From Burkholderiales bacterium (GTDB lineage Bacteria; Pseudomonadota; Gammaproteobacteria; Burkholderiales; Usitatibacteraceae), in NCBI GenBank assembly GCA_043773745.1, contig JAYVEV010000132.1, positions 1,073-65,072 of the forward strand: a stretch of 64,000 nucleotides of DNA, written 5' to 3'. Below, piece by piece: positions 30,151 through 40,652 of the stretch. Under the pieces are notes generated by a model. The model was not told the origin of the DNA and searched no databases. It saw only the letters and a program-made list of their open reading frames with translations. The first letter of the stretch is position 1, and each line of letters opens with the position of its first letter. The translations under genes were made by a program, and so were the position numbers.

Positions 30151-31761
30151 TTATGGCAACTTCACCCAAGTCAATTCCAGCCAGGCATCCGGCCGATGCA
30201 CCACCAATACGCCCGCCTTTGAAGCCCACGGGGCGACCTGCAAATGCAGCGGAATATGCAGCACTTCATCATGGTGAATCTGCATCGCCTTGATGATCAT
30301 CTCCTGCCGCTTTTTTAAATCGGTTTCACCCTCGATGTTGTCGATCAACTGATCGAGCGCGGGATGTTTGTAATTGCCCCAGTTGTATTCGCCTGCGCCT
30401 TTGTCGTTGCGACTGTGCAGCACCGGCTTAAGGGTAAATATCGCGTCGGTTGTTGAGCCGCCCCAGCCGAGCATATAGAGGCTGTTGTCGAGCTTTTGCT
30501 GCTTGGGAAAATAATTGGCTTTAGGCATCGAGGCGACTTTTACGTTGACGCCAATCTTGGACCACATGCCGGCTAGCGCGACACAAATACGCTCATCGTT
30601 GATATAGCGATCGTTGGGACAATCGAGTGTAACGGTGAAGCCCTTCGGGTAGCCCGCATCGGCCAATAATTTTTTGGCGGCGTCGGCACTGATCATCGGG
30701 TGGCGTTTTTCCATCGAGTCGGGAATGCCCGCTTCTCTGCGCGAGGGCAGATTGATAGCGGTCGGTATCGAAAGCCCGCGCATGACGGAGCGCTTGATAG
30801 CTTCAACATCGGTGGATTGATACAGCGCCATGCGCACGCGCTTATCCTTGAACGGGTTTTTACCTTTCACATCGGAATAAAGCAACTCATCACGCGCCTG
30901 ATCCATGCCGATAAAAACAATTCGATTTTCGCGGCCTTCGTAAATTTTGATTTTTTTATCCTGTTGCAGCTTGGCGATATCCTGCAACGGCGGGTCCAGA
31001 ATGAAATCGAGCTCGCCTGAAATCAATGCGGCCACTCGAGTAGCGGGCGAGCGGATCGGTGTAAAAATCACGTCGGTGACATTACCTTCGAAGCGGCCTT
31101 CCCTGATGCCCCACCAGTTGGGGTTTTTCTTGAGCACGGTTTTTACATCGGGTTCGCGCGAGACGAGCGTAAACGGGCCAGTGCCCATGGCGTTGCGCAC
31201 GCCGAAAGTTTCTTCCTTGTTGGTGAAATCCTGCGGCTTTTCGATTTTATTTTTGATGCACCAGGCTTTCGACATGATGAACAGCGTGCTGCTGCCGAGC
31301 ATGTCGGGCAGCACTGAATTCGGCACCGGCGTGGTCAGCTCTACGGTGAAGTCGTCGATCTTGCGCGGCTTACCCAGCGCAATGCTGTACACCCGATAAT
31401 TTGACGTCGGCGCCTGAGAACGCAAAATCGAGAACACCACATCGTCAGCCGTGAACGCCGAGCCATCATGCCATTTCACACCTTTGCGCAGCGTGATCAG
31501 CCAGGCGGTGGGCGCGGTTTGCCTGACCGCAGTGGCCAACGTCGGGATCAGCTTCATGTTTTTATCGCGCGACAACAGCTGCTCGTAAATCTGGCCGTTA
31601 AACTGGTTGTTGAACGCTTCGTTTTGCGCATGCGGATCGTGCGTGGCAACATCACCCTGATTAGACCAGCGCAGGGTCTTGGCCCCGACACTCGTTCCCA
31701 GCGTCGCCGAGATCAGCAACAGGGCGCATAAAGCGGTGATGTTTTTCAGTAAAATTTTCAT
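30151..31761 (-). CDS. ABC transporter substrate-binding protein, family 5 (Dpp/Opp/Gsi-like), orphan
   Basis: I chose the ATG at 31761 (MKILLKNITALCALLL, signal peptide). It shares blocks with the two binding proteins at 51.8-55.3 kb (KTLRWSNQGDVATHDPH; WHDGSAFTADDVVFSI). No permease or ATPase gene is adjacent. Confidence 0.85.
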   Translation of the reverse strand: MKILLKNITALCALLLISATLGTSVGAKTLRWSNQGDVATHDPHAQNEAFNNQFNGQIYEQLLSRDKNMKLIPTLATAVRQTAPTAWLITLRKGVKWHDGSAFTADDVVFSILRSQAPTSNYRVYSIALGKPRKIDDFTVELTTPVPNSVLPDMLGSSTLFIMSKAWCIKNKIEKPQDFTNKEETFGVRNAMGTGPFTLVSREPDVKTVLKKNPNWWGIREGRFEGNVTDVIFTPIRSPATRVAALISGELDFILDPPLQDIAKLQQDKKIKIYEGRENRIVFIGMDQARDELLYSDVKGKNPFKDKRVRMALYQSTDVEAIKRSVMRGLSIPTAINLPSRREAGIPDSMEKRHPMISADAAKKLLADAGYPKGFTVTLDCPNDRYINDERICVALAGMWSKIGVNVKVASMPKANYFPKQQKLDNSLYMLGWGGSTTDAIFTLKPVLHSRNDKGAGEYNWGNYKHPALDQLIDNIEGETDLKKRQEMIIKAMQIHHDEVLHIPLHLQVAPWASKAGVLVVHRPDAWLELTWVKLP

Positions 31762-31876
31762 ATTTTTTTGGGCATAAAGCGCGTTAGCAGCAGAAACCTC
31801 ATCATAATCGAAAGCGCTGTCTATAATGAACACTTATAGCCGCAAAATCACAAGCAAGATCTCCATTTAAAACGCC

Positions 31877-33751
31877 ATGAATTCCAATCGCCAGACCGAT
31901 AGCGCATCGCACCATCAACTCACCCGCTACACGATTGCCCCCAAGCATTCCGCCGCGCACTTATTTGCAGTTACTGTCAGCATTGATCAGCCGGATCCTG
32001 CCGGACAGCGCTTCATGTTACCGAGCTGGATTCCAGGCAGTTATATGATTCGCGAATTTGCGCGCAATATCATCACCCTGACAGCGACCTTTGGTGACAC
32101 GTCCGTCGCTGTGGAAAAAAACGACAAGATGACCTGGCAGTGCGCACCCTGTCCTGCCGGCGCGGGCACTCTCACCCTCACCTACGAAGTTTATGCATGG
32201 GATTTGAGTGTGCGTGCGGCACATCTGGATGAGACCCACGGCTTTTTCAATGCGAGCAGCGTATTTTTAATGCCCGACGGTTATGGTGATGCGCCCTGCA
32301 CCGTGACAATCAGCGCGCCTGCCGCATGGCGCATCGCCACCGCGCTTAGCCAGACCCCAGCAATGGCGGGCATTGCAAAGCATTTTGCTTTGGAAACGAC
32401 CGACCAGATTGGACTCTTAGAAAATATTGTCCATCATTTCTATGCCGCTAACTATGATGAGTTAATCGATCATCCGGTCGAGATGGGTACTTTCACACAC
32501 GCGACTTTTGAAGCCTGCGGGGTGCAACATCATATTGCAATCACCGGTAAACACCGCGCAGACATGGCGCGGCTTTGCGCCGATTTCAAAAAAATCTGCG
32601 AAGCGCAGATTCGTTTGTTTGAGCCGGAATCGCAAGCCGCACCGTTTCGCGAATACTGGTTTCTGATCATGGTGGTGAGCGAAGGCTTCGGCGGTCTCGA
32701 GCATCGCGCCTCGACCGCGCTGATTGTCGGTCGCGATGATTTGCCGCTGGCACATGTGCCCGCCGTGAGGCCAGGCTATCGCAAGATGCTGTCGCTGACC
32801 TCGCATGAATATTTTCATACCTGGAACGTGAAACGCATCAGGCCTGAACGGTTCATGGACTATGATTTATTCAGTGAGAATTACACTCGGCAGCTGTGGT
32901 TTTTTGAAGGCTTTACCGATTACTACGACGACTTGATGCTGGCCCGTACCGGCCTTATCACGCCGCTGGAATATCTTGAAGTCGAGGCGGAAAACATCGG
33001 CCGCGTACTTTCGCAAAGCGGTCGCCTGAAACAAAGCGTGGCCGATTCTTCTTTCGATGCATGGACCAAATATTATCGCCAGGACGAGAACGCGCCCAAT
33101 GCCATCGTCAGCTACTACCAAAAAGGCGCGATCGTGGGCATGGCGCTTGATCTCACTATTCGGCAGCGCAGTAACGGCGCGAAATCGCTCGATGATTTGA
33201 TGCGCGCACTGTGGAATGAGTACGGCAAACCCGCTATCGGTGTGCCTGAACGCGCGCTTGAAACCATCGCCGAGACGGTGACCGGCCTGGATCTCAAAGC
33301 CTTCTTTGCCGAAGCTGTTTACAGCACCCGCGATATTGCACTCGCGCCCCTGCTCAGCTATGTCGGCATTGATATTGGCACCCGTGTCCCGGGCGTCAAT
33401 AAAACCGGCGATCCGCTGCCACCCACTATCGGCGCGCGTATCGGTGCCGATACCAATGGCGACGCCAAACTGGCGCAGGTATTTGATGGCGGCGCGGCGC
33501 AAGCGGCCGGACTGTCTGCTGGCGATACCATCATCGCGATTGATGGCTTGCGCGTCACTAGCAATAACATCGAGCGGCGCATCAAGTCTTATGCATCGGC
33601 AACCACCCTTGAATTTACTGCCTTTCGTCGCGATGAGATGATGCGCTTTGAGGTCACGTTGCAAGCACAGCCCGCGAGCATCTGCACCCTGACCACGCGG
33701 GATACGCCGCCCGAGGCGAAGCAGCAGCGTGAACGCTGGCTGAACCTGTAG
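31877..33751 (+). CDS. M61-family metallopeptidase (glycyl aminopeptidase-like) with C-terminal PDZ domain
   Basis: It has the HExxH site HEYFHTWNVKR and a PDZ-like segment (FDGGAAQAAGLSAGDTIIAIDG). The size is 624 aa. Confidence 0.85.
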   Translation: MNSNRQTDSASHHQLTRYTIAPKHSAAHLFAVTVSIDQPDPAGQRFMLPSWIPGSYMIREFARNIITLTATFGDTSVAVEKNDKMTWQCAPCPAGAGTLTLTYEVYAWDLSVRAAHLDETHGFFNASSVFLMPDGYGDAPCTVTISAPAAWRIATALSQTPAMAGIAKHFALETTDQIGLLENIVHHFYAANYDELIDHPVEMGTFTHATFEACGVQHHIAITGKHRADMARLCADFKKICEAQIRLFEPESQAAPFREYWFLIMVVSEGFGGLEHRASTALIVGRDDLPLAHVPAVRPGYRKMLSLTSHEYFHTWNVKRIRPERFMDYDLFSENYTRQLWFFEGFTDYYDDLMLARTGLITPLEYLEVEAENIGRVLSQSGRLKQSVADSSFDAWTKYYRQDENAPNAIVSYYQKGAIVGMALDLTIRQRSNGAKSLDDLMRALWNEYGKPAIGVPERALETIAETVTGLDLKAFFAEAVYSTRDIALAPLLSYVGIDIGTRVPGVNKTGDPLPPTIGARIGADTNGDAKLAQVFDGGAAQAAGLSAGDTIIAIDGLRVTSNNIERRIKSYASATTLEFTAFRRDEMMRFEVTLQAQPASICTLTTRDTPPEAKQQRERWLNL

Positions 33752-33758
33752 CACGGCG

Positions 33759-33786
33759 TTCGATAGGTACTGTCGAATTATTTTTT
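33759..33786 (+). terminator. Weak intrinsic-terminator-like hairpin after the M61 peptidase gene
   Basis: The stem TTCGATA/TGTCGAA pairs at 6 of 7 positions, with loop GGTAC, followed by TTATTTTTT. Confidence 0.35.
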
Positions 33787-33873
33787 AACCCCACTTGCTG
33801 ATGTGATGCCATTAAAGTTCGGCGAAAAAAAAGCGCAAAATATCAACTGCTTTCAAAAACCCAAGGAATTGCC

Positions 33874-35358
33874 ATGAACGCCCCGCATGATCTGAAGCCC
33901 CTCACCACGCTTGCTCTCAAAGACCCAACACTGTTTCGCACCCAAAGCTATATTGATGGCAACTGGGTTGAGGCGGACTCGGGCAAGCGTTTTGATGTGG
34001 ACAATCCGGCGACCGGTGCCGTCATTGCCAGCGTGCCCGACTGCGGCGCAGTTGAGACCCGGCGGGCGATTGGTGCCGCCAACGCCGCGTTACCTGGCTG
34101 GCGCGCGCTGACCGCAAAGGCGCGCAGTACCCTATTGCGCAAATGGTTTGATTTGATGTTGGCCCATGCCGATGATTTAGCACTGATCCTCACCACCGAA
34201 CAAGGCAAGCCACTGGCCGAGGCAAAAGGCGAAGTGATGTACGGCGCTTCGTTTATCGAATGGTTTGCCGAGGAAGGCAAGCGCATTTATGGCGACGTGA
34301 TTCCACCGCATATGGCGGATAAACGTTTGATCGTGATGAAGCAGCCGATTGGCGTAACAGCCGCCATCACGCCGTGGAATTTCCCCAATGCGATGATCAC
34401 CCGCAAAGCCGCACCAGCCCTGGCGGCAGGCTGTACGATGGTGCTGAAACCTGCTGAGCAAACCCCGATTTCTGCTCTGGCAATGGCAGAGCTGGCGCAT
34501 CGCGCAGGCATTCCCAAAGGTGTGTTCAATGTCATCACTGGGGATGCGCCCGCCATCGGTGGTGAGCTGTGTGCCAACCCCATTGTGCGCAAGCTCAGCT
34601 TCACCGGCTCCACCGAGGTCGGCCGGATTTTGATGCGGCAATGCGCACCCACGATTAAAAAATTATCGCTGGAACTCGGCGGCAATGCGCCCTTCATCGT
34701 CTTTGATGATGCCGATCTTGATGTCGCCGCCGATAGCCTGATGGCGTCGAAATACCGCAACGCCGGGCAGACCTGCGTATCGGCCAACCGCATCTATGTG
34801 CAGGCCGGTGTGTATGAAAAATTTGCCGAAAAAATGAAAGCGAAAATGGCCTCGCTGAAAGTTGGTGTTGGCACCGACAGCGGCGTAACCATCGGCCCGC
34901 TGATTGATGCGCAAGGCCTGGCGAAGGTAGAGGCGCATGTCGCTGACGCAATTGCCAACGGCGCGACCGTGGTGTCCGGCGGCAAGAAGAGTCCCCTCGG
35001 CGGATTGTTTTATGAGCCGACGCTGCTGACCAATGTGCCGATGTCGGCGCTGGCCTCCCGCGAAGAAACCTTCGGGCCGGTTGCACCGCTGATCAAATTT
35101 GACACTGAAGCCGAAGTAATTCAGCTGGCCAATGATTCGGAATTTGGTTTGGCTGCGTATTTTTTCTCGCGCGATGTGAGCCGTGTATTCCGCGTCAGCG
35201 AAGCGCTGGAGTCGGGCATGGTCGGGGTCAACACCGGCATGTTCTCAAACGAAGTCGCGCCGTTTGGTGGCGTGAAACAATCAGGTCTGGGACGCGAGGG
35301 CTCCAAGTACGGCATCGAGGATTATCTGGAAATTAAATATCTTTGTATTGGCGTTTAG
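33874..35358 (+). CDS. gabD: NAD(P)-dependent succinate-semialdehyde dehydrogenase
   Basis: It belongs to the aldehyde dehydrogenase family, with the catalytic Glu block SLELGGNAP and the Cys block NAGQTCVSANR. The N-terminus (FRTQSYIDGNWVEADSGKRFDVDNPATG) is GabD-like. Confidence 0.88.
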   Translation: MNAPHDLKPLTTLALKDPTLFRTQSYIDGNWVEADSGKRFDVDNPATGAVIASVPDCGAVETRRAIGAANAALPGWRALTAKARSTLLRKWFDLMLAHADDLALILTTEQGKPLAEAKGEVMYGASFIEWFAEEGKRIYGDVIPPHMADKRLIVMKQPIGVTAAITPWNFPNAMITRKAAPALAAGCTMVLKPAEQTPISALAMAELAHRAGIPKGVFNVITGDAPAIGGELCANPIVRKLSFTGSTEVGRILMRQCAPTIKKLSLELGGNAPFIVFDDADLDVAADSLMASKYRNAGQTCVSANRIYVQAGVYEKFAEKMKAKMASLKVGVGTDSGVTIGPLIDAQGLAKVEAHVADAIANGATVVSGGKKSPLGGLFYEPTLLTNVPMSALASREETFGPVAPLIKFDTEAEVIQLANDSEFGLAAYFFSRDVSRVFRVSEALESGMVGVNTGMFSNEVAPFGGVKQSGLGREGSKYGIEDYLEIKYLCIGV

Positions 35359-35422
35359 GAAAACACATTCGATGTGGAATAAAAACATAAACACCAGCAT
35401 TGAAGCGGGGTTTGGGGCATTT

Positions 35423-37195
35423 ATGACCCAAACGGCACGCCTCTGGCTGGGCTTAGCTTTTTATTTAATGCTGGGGGTTGTTACCCACACCGCGCTTGCG
35501 CAGCCCACCAAGGTTAGAGAACCGACCAGTGAAGCGCCCGAGCTTGCCACTGGCTTTATACAAAAACCAGTTGCCAATGCCAAGCACGCCATGGTGGCAG
35601 CGGCTCATCCGCTCGCGGTTGAAGCTGGCTTGAAAATGCTAGACCAGGGCGGCAGCGCAGTGGACGCTGCCATCGCCGTACAGATGGTGTTGAATCTGGC
35701 CGAGGCGCATGCATCCGGTATCGGCGGCGGTGCCTTCGTGATGCATTTTGATGCGAAGAAAAATACCGTCGTGGCTTACGATGGCCGTGAAGATGCGCCG
35801 CTGGCGGCCACGCCTGAATTATTCCTCGACCATGACGGCAAGCCGATGAAATTTATTGATGCCGTGATCGGCGGCAGATCGGTCGGCGTGCCGGGTGTAT
35901 TGCGGGTGCTCGAAATGGCGCATGCTCGTCATGGCAAGCTGGCATGGGCGAAATTATTCGAGCCCGCGATTGATCTCGCCGAGCATGGTTACCCGCTCAC
36001 TCTGCGGCTGCATCGGCATTTGGCAAATGACAATATTCTTCGTCACAACGCGGAAGCCAAGGTCATTTTTTACAACGAAGATGGCTCCCCCAAACCGCTC
36101 GGCACGCTGGTTAAAAATCCCGCCATTGCAGCCGTATTCAGACGCATCGCCCAAGAGGGTCCCGACGCTTTTTATAAAGGCGATATCGCCCGCGATATCG
36201 TGGCTGCGGTGCGCGGGCATGCCAGCAATCCAGGCGGCTTGACTGAAGCTGATTTAGCGCACTACCAAGCACGTGCGCTGACACCCGTTTGCGGACCTTA
36301 CCGTGTCTATAAGGTTTGCGGGATGCCGCCGCCATCCAGCGGCGGCATTGCGATATTGCAAATGCTGGAAGCGCTTGAACGCTTTGATATGAAAGCCGTG
36401 CGCCCGAACTCGGCCGAGGCGGTGCATTTATTTTCTGAAGCGGGCCGTCTTGCTTACGCTGATCGCGAGCGCTATGTGGGTGATGACCGCTTCGTCAACG
36501 TGCCGGTTGCGGGTTTGATTGATCCCGCCTACAACCATGCACGCGGGCTGTTGATTCAGCGTGAAAAATCCATGGGTAAAGCGCAGGCCGGCTCACCGGT
36601 CGGCATCAAGACCGCCATGGCGGACGGCGACACGCTGGAGTTTCCTTCCACCTCGCACATCTCGATTGTCGACAAGGATGGCAACGCCGTCAGCATGACA
36701 ACAACCATTGAATCTTTTTTCGGCAGCCGACTTTTTGTACGCGGCTTTCCACTCAATAACCAATTGACCGATTTTTCAATGACGCCCACTGATAACGGCC
36801 TGCCGGTAGCGAATGCAGTGGGGCCGGGCAAACGCCCGCGTAGCGCGATGTCACCAACACTGGTATTCGATCAGCAGGGCAAACTCTTGATGGTGATCGG
36901 CTCGCCGGGTGGCAGCGTGATTATTAATTACGTCGCCAAGACTTTGGTAGGCGTGCTGGATTGGGGGCTTGATATTCAGGCCGCGATTTCACTGCCCAAT
37001 ATTGGCAGCCGCAATGGACCAACCGAAATCGAAAGTGGCACCGCCGCCGAAAATTTAGTGGGCGCATTGCGTGCCATGGGCCACCAAATCCGCACCTTCG
37101 ATTTAAGCAGCGGACTGCACGGCATCGTGAGTACCGCGAACGGCTGGCAAGGCGGCGCGGACCCGCGGCGTGAAGGCATTGCCAAGGGTCGTTAA
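35423..37195 (+). CDS. ggt: Gamma-glutamyltransferase
   Basis: It has a signal peptide, the autoprocessing/nucleophile region [28 protein letters not shown], and GSPGGSVII. The start is ambiguous: ATG at 35423, or 35372. Confidence 0.9.
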   Translation: MTQTARLWLGLAFYLMLGVVTHTALAQPTKVREPTSEAPELATGFIQKPVANAKHAMVAAAHPLAVEAGLKMLDQGGSAVDAAIAVQMVLNLAEAHASGIGGGAFVMHFDAKKNTVVAYDGREDAPLAATPELFLDHDGKPMKFIDAVIGGRSVGVPGVLRVLEMAHARHGKLAWAKLFEPAIDLAEHGYPLTLRLHRHLANDNILRHNAEAKVIFYNEDGSPKPLGTLVKNPAIAAVFRRIAQEGPDAFYKGDIARDIVAAVRGHASNPGGLTEADLAHYQARALTPVCGPYRVYKVCGMPPPSSGGIAILQMLEALERFDMKAVRPNSAEAVHLFSEAGRLAYADRERYVGDDRFVNVPVAGLIDPAYNHARGLLIQREKSMGKAQAGSPVGIKTAMADGDTLEFPSTSHISIVDKDGNAVSMTTTIESFFGSRLFVRGFPLNNQLTDFSMTPTDNGLPVANAVGPGKRPRSAMSPTLVFDQQGKLLMVIGSPGGSVIINYVAKTLVGVLDWGLDIQAAISLPNIGSRNGPTEIESGTAAENLVGALRAMGHQIRTFDLSSGLHGIVSTANGWQGGADPRREGIAKGR

Positions 37196-37224
37196 TTATT
37201 TTTTCGCAATATATGGAGATCAAA

Positions 37225-37842
37225 ATGACATCACACTGCAAATCAAACAACGGCGATCGATTGCGATATTTGCTGGGCGCATTAGTCTTGTGTTCAATGA
37301 GCGCCTGCGCCGCACCGCCAGCAACTCCCACCGCAGTCAATCCCACACCAACCCCGAAGCCGCTGCCCGCGCGTGAACCCGTCGCCACAGGACCGCTGGC
37401 CGCCAATGCACCTGCACCGGCCGATGTCATGCCGGCAGTCGTGACCGATCTCATTATTCGCGATAGTGCATTGGGTAAGGGCGAAGCAGCAACGCCGGGT
37501 GCGGTGATGTCGGTGCATTACACCGGTTGGCTATACGACGCCAAAATGCCCGGCGGCAAAGGTAAAAAATTTGATTCGTCGCTGGACCGTAACGAGCGCT
37601 TCAGCATCACGCTGGGTATCAGCCGCGTCATTCAAGGCTGGACACGCGGCCTCGCCGGGATGAGGGTTGGCACCAAGCGCACACTTATTATTCCACCGAG
37701 CCTGGGATATGGCGAACGCGGCGCAGGCGGCGTCATCCCACCAAACGCCACGCTGCTGTTTGAGGTTGAATTATTCACCCTGACGCCAGGCCCTGCGCCT
37801 GCGCCCGCAACCGCGCCTTCCGCTGCACCCGCCACCAAGTAG
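37225..37842 (+). CDS. FKBP-type peptidyl-prolyl isomerase, lipoprotein with Pro/Ala-rich linker
   Basis: The ATG at 37225 follows GGAG, with an alternative at 37213. It has a lipobox (SMSAC) and the FKBP core VHYTGWL.DG..FDSS ... GW..GL.GM.VG..R.L.IPP.LGYG. Confidence 0.88.
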   Translation: MTSHCKSNNGDRLRYLLGALVLCSMSACAAPPATPTAVNPTPTPKPLPAREPVATGPLAANAPAPADVMPAVVTDLIIRDSALGKGEAATPGAVMSVHYTGWLYDAKMPGGKGKKFDSSLDRNERFSITLGISRVIQGWTRGLAGMRVGTKRTLIIPPSLGYGERGAGGVIPPNATLLFEVELFTLTPGPAPAPATAPSAAPATK

Positions 37843-37845
37843 TCG

Positions 37846-38628
37846 GTGGAGTTCGATTTATCCTGGGCGTTTGCCGTCCTTTGTGTACTGGCTTTTTTTG
37901 CGGGGCTGGTAGATTCGGTGATCGGCGGCGGCGGCTTGATTCAGGTACCGGCGCTGCTGGTGATGCTGCCGGGGGTACCGGTTGCAACAATTTTTGGCAC
38001 CAATAAAATTATCTCGGTCGCGGGCACCACGGTTGCGCTGGCACAGATAGCGCGCAACGTGACGGTGCCGTGGCGCATGTTGTTGGCGGCTGCGATAGTC
38101 GGCGCGATCTTCGCTTTTATTGGCGCACGGTCAGTGACGCTGATTGATCCGGCATTGTTGAAGCCAATTATATTGCTGCTGCTGATTGCCGTCGCCATCT
38201 ATACCTTTATGCGCAAAGATTTTGGCCATTTGCATGCTCCCAAATGGCCCGAACCCAAACAACGCTGGATTGCCATGGGCATTGGTGCAGTGCTCGGATT
38301 TTACGAAGGTTTTTTTGGCCCTGGCACCGGCAGCTTTCTTATTTTTGCCTTCGTCGGTTTGCTCGGCTTCAATTTTTTGACGGCCTCGGCCTCGGCCAAA
38401 GTCATCAACATTACGACCAATCTGGCCGCTCTGGCATGGTTTGCCTGGAGCGGAAATATCCTCTATAAATTAGCGATCCCAATGGCTGTTTTTAATGTGG
38501 CGGGCGCGCTGGTCGGATCACGATTGGCCATTAAAAAAGGCAGCGGATTTTTACGCGTGTTCTTTTTGGTTGTGATGGTCGCGTTGATATTGCGCTATGC
38601 ATACGATATTTTTTGGAAAGCCAGTTGA
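37846..38628 (+). CDS. TSUP (TauE/SafE-like) family membrane transporter
   Basis: It starts with GTG. It has about 8 TM helices and the motif VDSVIGGGGLIQVPALL. Confidence 0.75.
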   Translation: MEFDLSWAFAVLCVLAFFAGLVDSVIGGGGLIQVPALLVMLPGVPVATIFGTNKIISVAGTTVALAQIARNVTVPWRMLLAAAIVGAIFAFIGARSVTLIDPALLKPIILLLLIAVAIYTFMRKDFGHLHAPKWPEPKQRWIAMGIGAVLGFYEGFFGPGTGSFLIFAFVGLLGFNFLTASASAKVINITTNLAALAWFAWSGNILYKLAIPMAVFNVAGALVGSRLAIKKGSGFLRVFFLVVMVALILRYAYDIFWKAS

Positions 38629-38649
38629 ACACTGCGGTAAGGAAACCAC

Positions 38650-39420
38650 GTGGAAAATAATCGAGAAAAAACTTTTGGCGCATTCATTATTGGCGATGAA
38701 ATCTTGTCCGGCAAAAGACAGGATAAGCATCTGGCCAAAACCATCGAAACCCTGGGCGCGCGCGGGCTGTCGCTGAGCTACGCACATTATCTTGGTGATG
38801 AGCCGGAACGAATTATCGCCGCGCTCAAACAGTCATTTTCGACCGATCATATTGTGTTCAGTTTTGGCGGCATTGGCGCCACACCCGATGATCACACCCG
38901 ACAATGCACGGCGGCCGCTCTGGGCGTGGCACTGCACCAGCACCCCGATGCAGTGGCGGCTATGGCATCAAGACCTAATTTTGAACTCTCCCCCAACCGT
39001 TTGAAGATGGCGGAATTTCCGCTGGGCTCCACGATCATTCCGAATCCCTACAACAGCATTGCGGCATTCTCATGCGGTGACCATCATTTCCTGCCGGGCT
39101 TTCCTGAAATGTCATGGCCGATGATGGCGTGGGTGCTGGACACCCAATATTCGGCGCTGTTTAATCGAACCCCGTTTGCGGAGGAAATCATCATTATCGA
39201 GCGGGCCGGTGAAAGTGATTTGATTGATGCGATGAATCGTATCGTCGTCAATTATCCGACGACTAAGCTGTCGAGCCTGCCGCAATTTTTGGCGAGTGCT
39301 GCCGGTGGCCGCATGATCGAACTCTCCATTCGCGGCGACCCCGCGGCAGTACCGTTGGCGATGGGCGAGATGAAACGCGAAATAGAACGCCTTGGTTTCG
39401 CGTTCCGGTCAAAGACTTAA
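38650..39420 (+). CDS. CinA-like MoCF-biosynthesis (molybdopterin-binding) domain protein
   Basis: It starts with GTG. The N-terminus is FGAFIIGDEILSGKRQDKH and it also contains GGIGATPDD. Confidence 0.7.
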   Translation: MENNREKTFGAFIIGDEILSGKRQDKHLAKTIETLGARGLSLSYAHYLGDEPERIIAALKQSFSTDHIVFSFGGIGATPDDHTRQCTAAALGVALHQHPDAVAAMASRPNFELSPNRLKMAEFPLGSTIIPNPYNSIAAFSCGDHHFLPGFPEMSWPMMAWVLDTQYSALFNRTPFAEEIIIIERAGESDLIDAMNRIVVNYPTTKLSSLPQFLASAAGGRMIELSIRGDPAAVPLAMGEMKREIERLGFAFRSKT

Positions 39421-39439
39421 ACAAAAAAACTGTACCCGA

Positions 39440-40204
39440 CTACCGTGGCGTATTGACCGGTACTGGCGGAGGAGCAGGCGGAAGAACGGGCACCACCAGT
39501 TCGTCGCGCTTCTTTTCATCTTTGCTGTCTGCATCGTTGACTGTCGGTGCCGCGTAAGCCACCAGCTCAATAATAATTTTCACGTCATCACTCACCGAGG
39601 CCGACCACGCCTTCATACCAAACTCGGAGCGGTTAATATTCAACACGGCATCGGCGGTACAGCGGGCACGCTTGGTTGCGCTGGCTGGCACGCAACCTGA
39701 TTTGTAGACCACCAGCGTAACGGGTCTGGTCTTGCCCAGCAGTGTCAGCAAACCGTCAATACTCGTTAAGCGCTCAATCTCCCAGACAAAGCGTGAAGAC
39801 TTGAACTCAATGGCCGGGAATTTTTCCACATCAAAAAAATCAGGTCCGCGCAACACTTTGTTGGTAGCACTGGCATTCACCACATTCGCGTAAAGCGTAG
39901 TGGCATCAATCACGGCGGTAATGGCATCATTAGTGCGGCTCTGCACATCGGTACGGGCGGGGTCATGGATTAAATGACCTGTGGTGCGGCTAAATTTCCC
40001 CCGCACGGTCATGAGACCCAAAAACATGGCTTCAAATCGTGAGTGTGTTTCATGCGGATCGATGATGTACTGCGGTGCCGCCAGTTGAGCATGCGCCATC
40101 GTGGGCACAACAAACATTGCGAGGCCCGTCAGCGTGGCAACAACTATGCGCACACGGGTTGCAAAATATTGATGCCCTCTGTGACAACTTATAAAGCTAC
40201 TCAT
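39440..40204 (-). CDS. YceI-family periplasmic polyisoprenoid-binding-like protein with Pro-rich C-terminal tail
   Basis: It has a signal peptide (..FVVPTMAHA|Q) and a YceI-like core (IDPHETHSRFEAMFLGLMTVRGKFSRTTGHL ... LLTLLGKTRPVTL). I chose the start at the ATG at 40204, which overlaps the hslR stop by 8 nt. Confidence 0.75.
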   Translation of the reverse strand: MSSFISCHRGHQYFATRVRIVVATLTGLAMFVVPTMAHAQLAAPQYIIDPHETHSRFEAMFLGLMTVRGKFSRTTGHLIHDPARTDVQSRTNDAITAVIDATTLYANVVNASATNKVLRGPDFFDVEKFPAIEFKSSRFVWEIERLTSIDGLLTLLGKTRPVTLVVYKSGCVPASATKRARCTADAVLNINRSEFGMKAWSASVSDDVKIIIELVAYAAPTVNDADSKDEKKRDELVVPVLPPAPPPVPVNTPR

Positions 40205-40652
40205 CGTCGCGCATCGCGTGGTCGCTGCTTGTGCTGTTGGCATGGCGTTCAAATTTTTGAATGGCACGCCGATCCTGCTTGGTAGGCCGACCTTTGAATA
40301 ACGGTGGCGGCATATTGCGCTGCTCGTGCAGAATCTGTTCGCGCGCAGCGATGCTTTCCACGGTCTCTTCGTAGAAACCGCGCGCCACCACCGCCGATGC
40401 GCGTTTTTCGATAATACTTTTTACGACCAAATGAAATACATAGGGCGGTTTGCGTAATAGCAGCACATCACTGACTTTAATGGTTTTGGCAGGCTTGGCA
40501 CGTTCATTGTTGACATCGACATGACCCGCATTAATGGCGTCGATGGCGATTTGGCGGGTCTTGAAAAACCGTGCCGCCCAAAGCCATTTATCGAGCCGCA
40601 CTTGCGGCGCGGCGAGCTCAGTCGCCGCCTTGCTTTCAGCGCGACTTGGCAT
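40197..40652 (-). CDS. hslR: Hsp15-like ribosome-associated heat-shock protein (S4 RNA-binding domain)
   Basis: It contains VRLDKWLWAARFFKTRQIAIDAINAGHVDVNNERAKPAKTIKVSD, the Hsp15 S4 motif. Confidence 0.85.
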   Translation of the reverse strand: MPSRAESKAATELAAPQVRLDKWLWAARFFKTRQIAIDAINAGHVDVNNERAKPAKTIKVSDVLLLRKPPYVFHLVVKSIIEKRASAVVARGFYEETVESIAAREQILHEQRNMPPPLFKGRPTKQDRRAIQKFERHANSTSSDHAMRDDE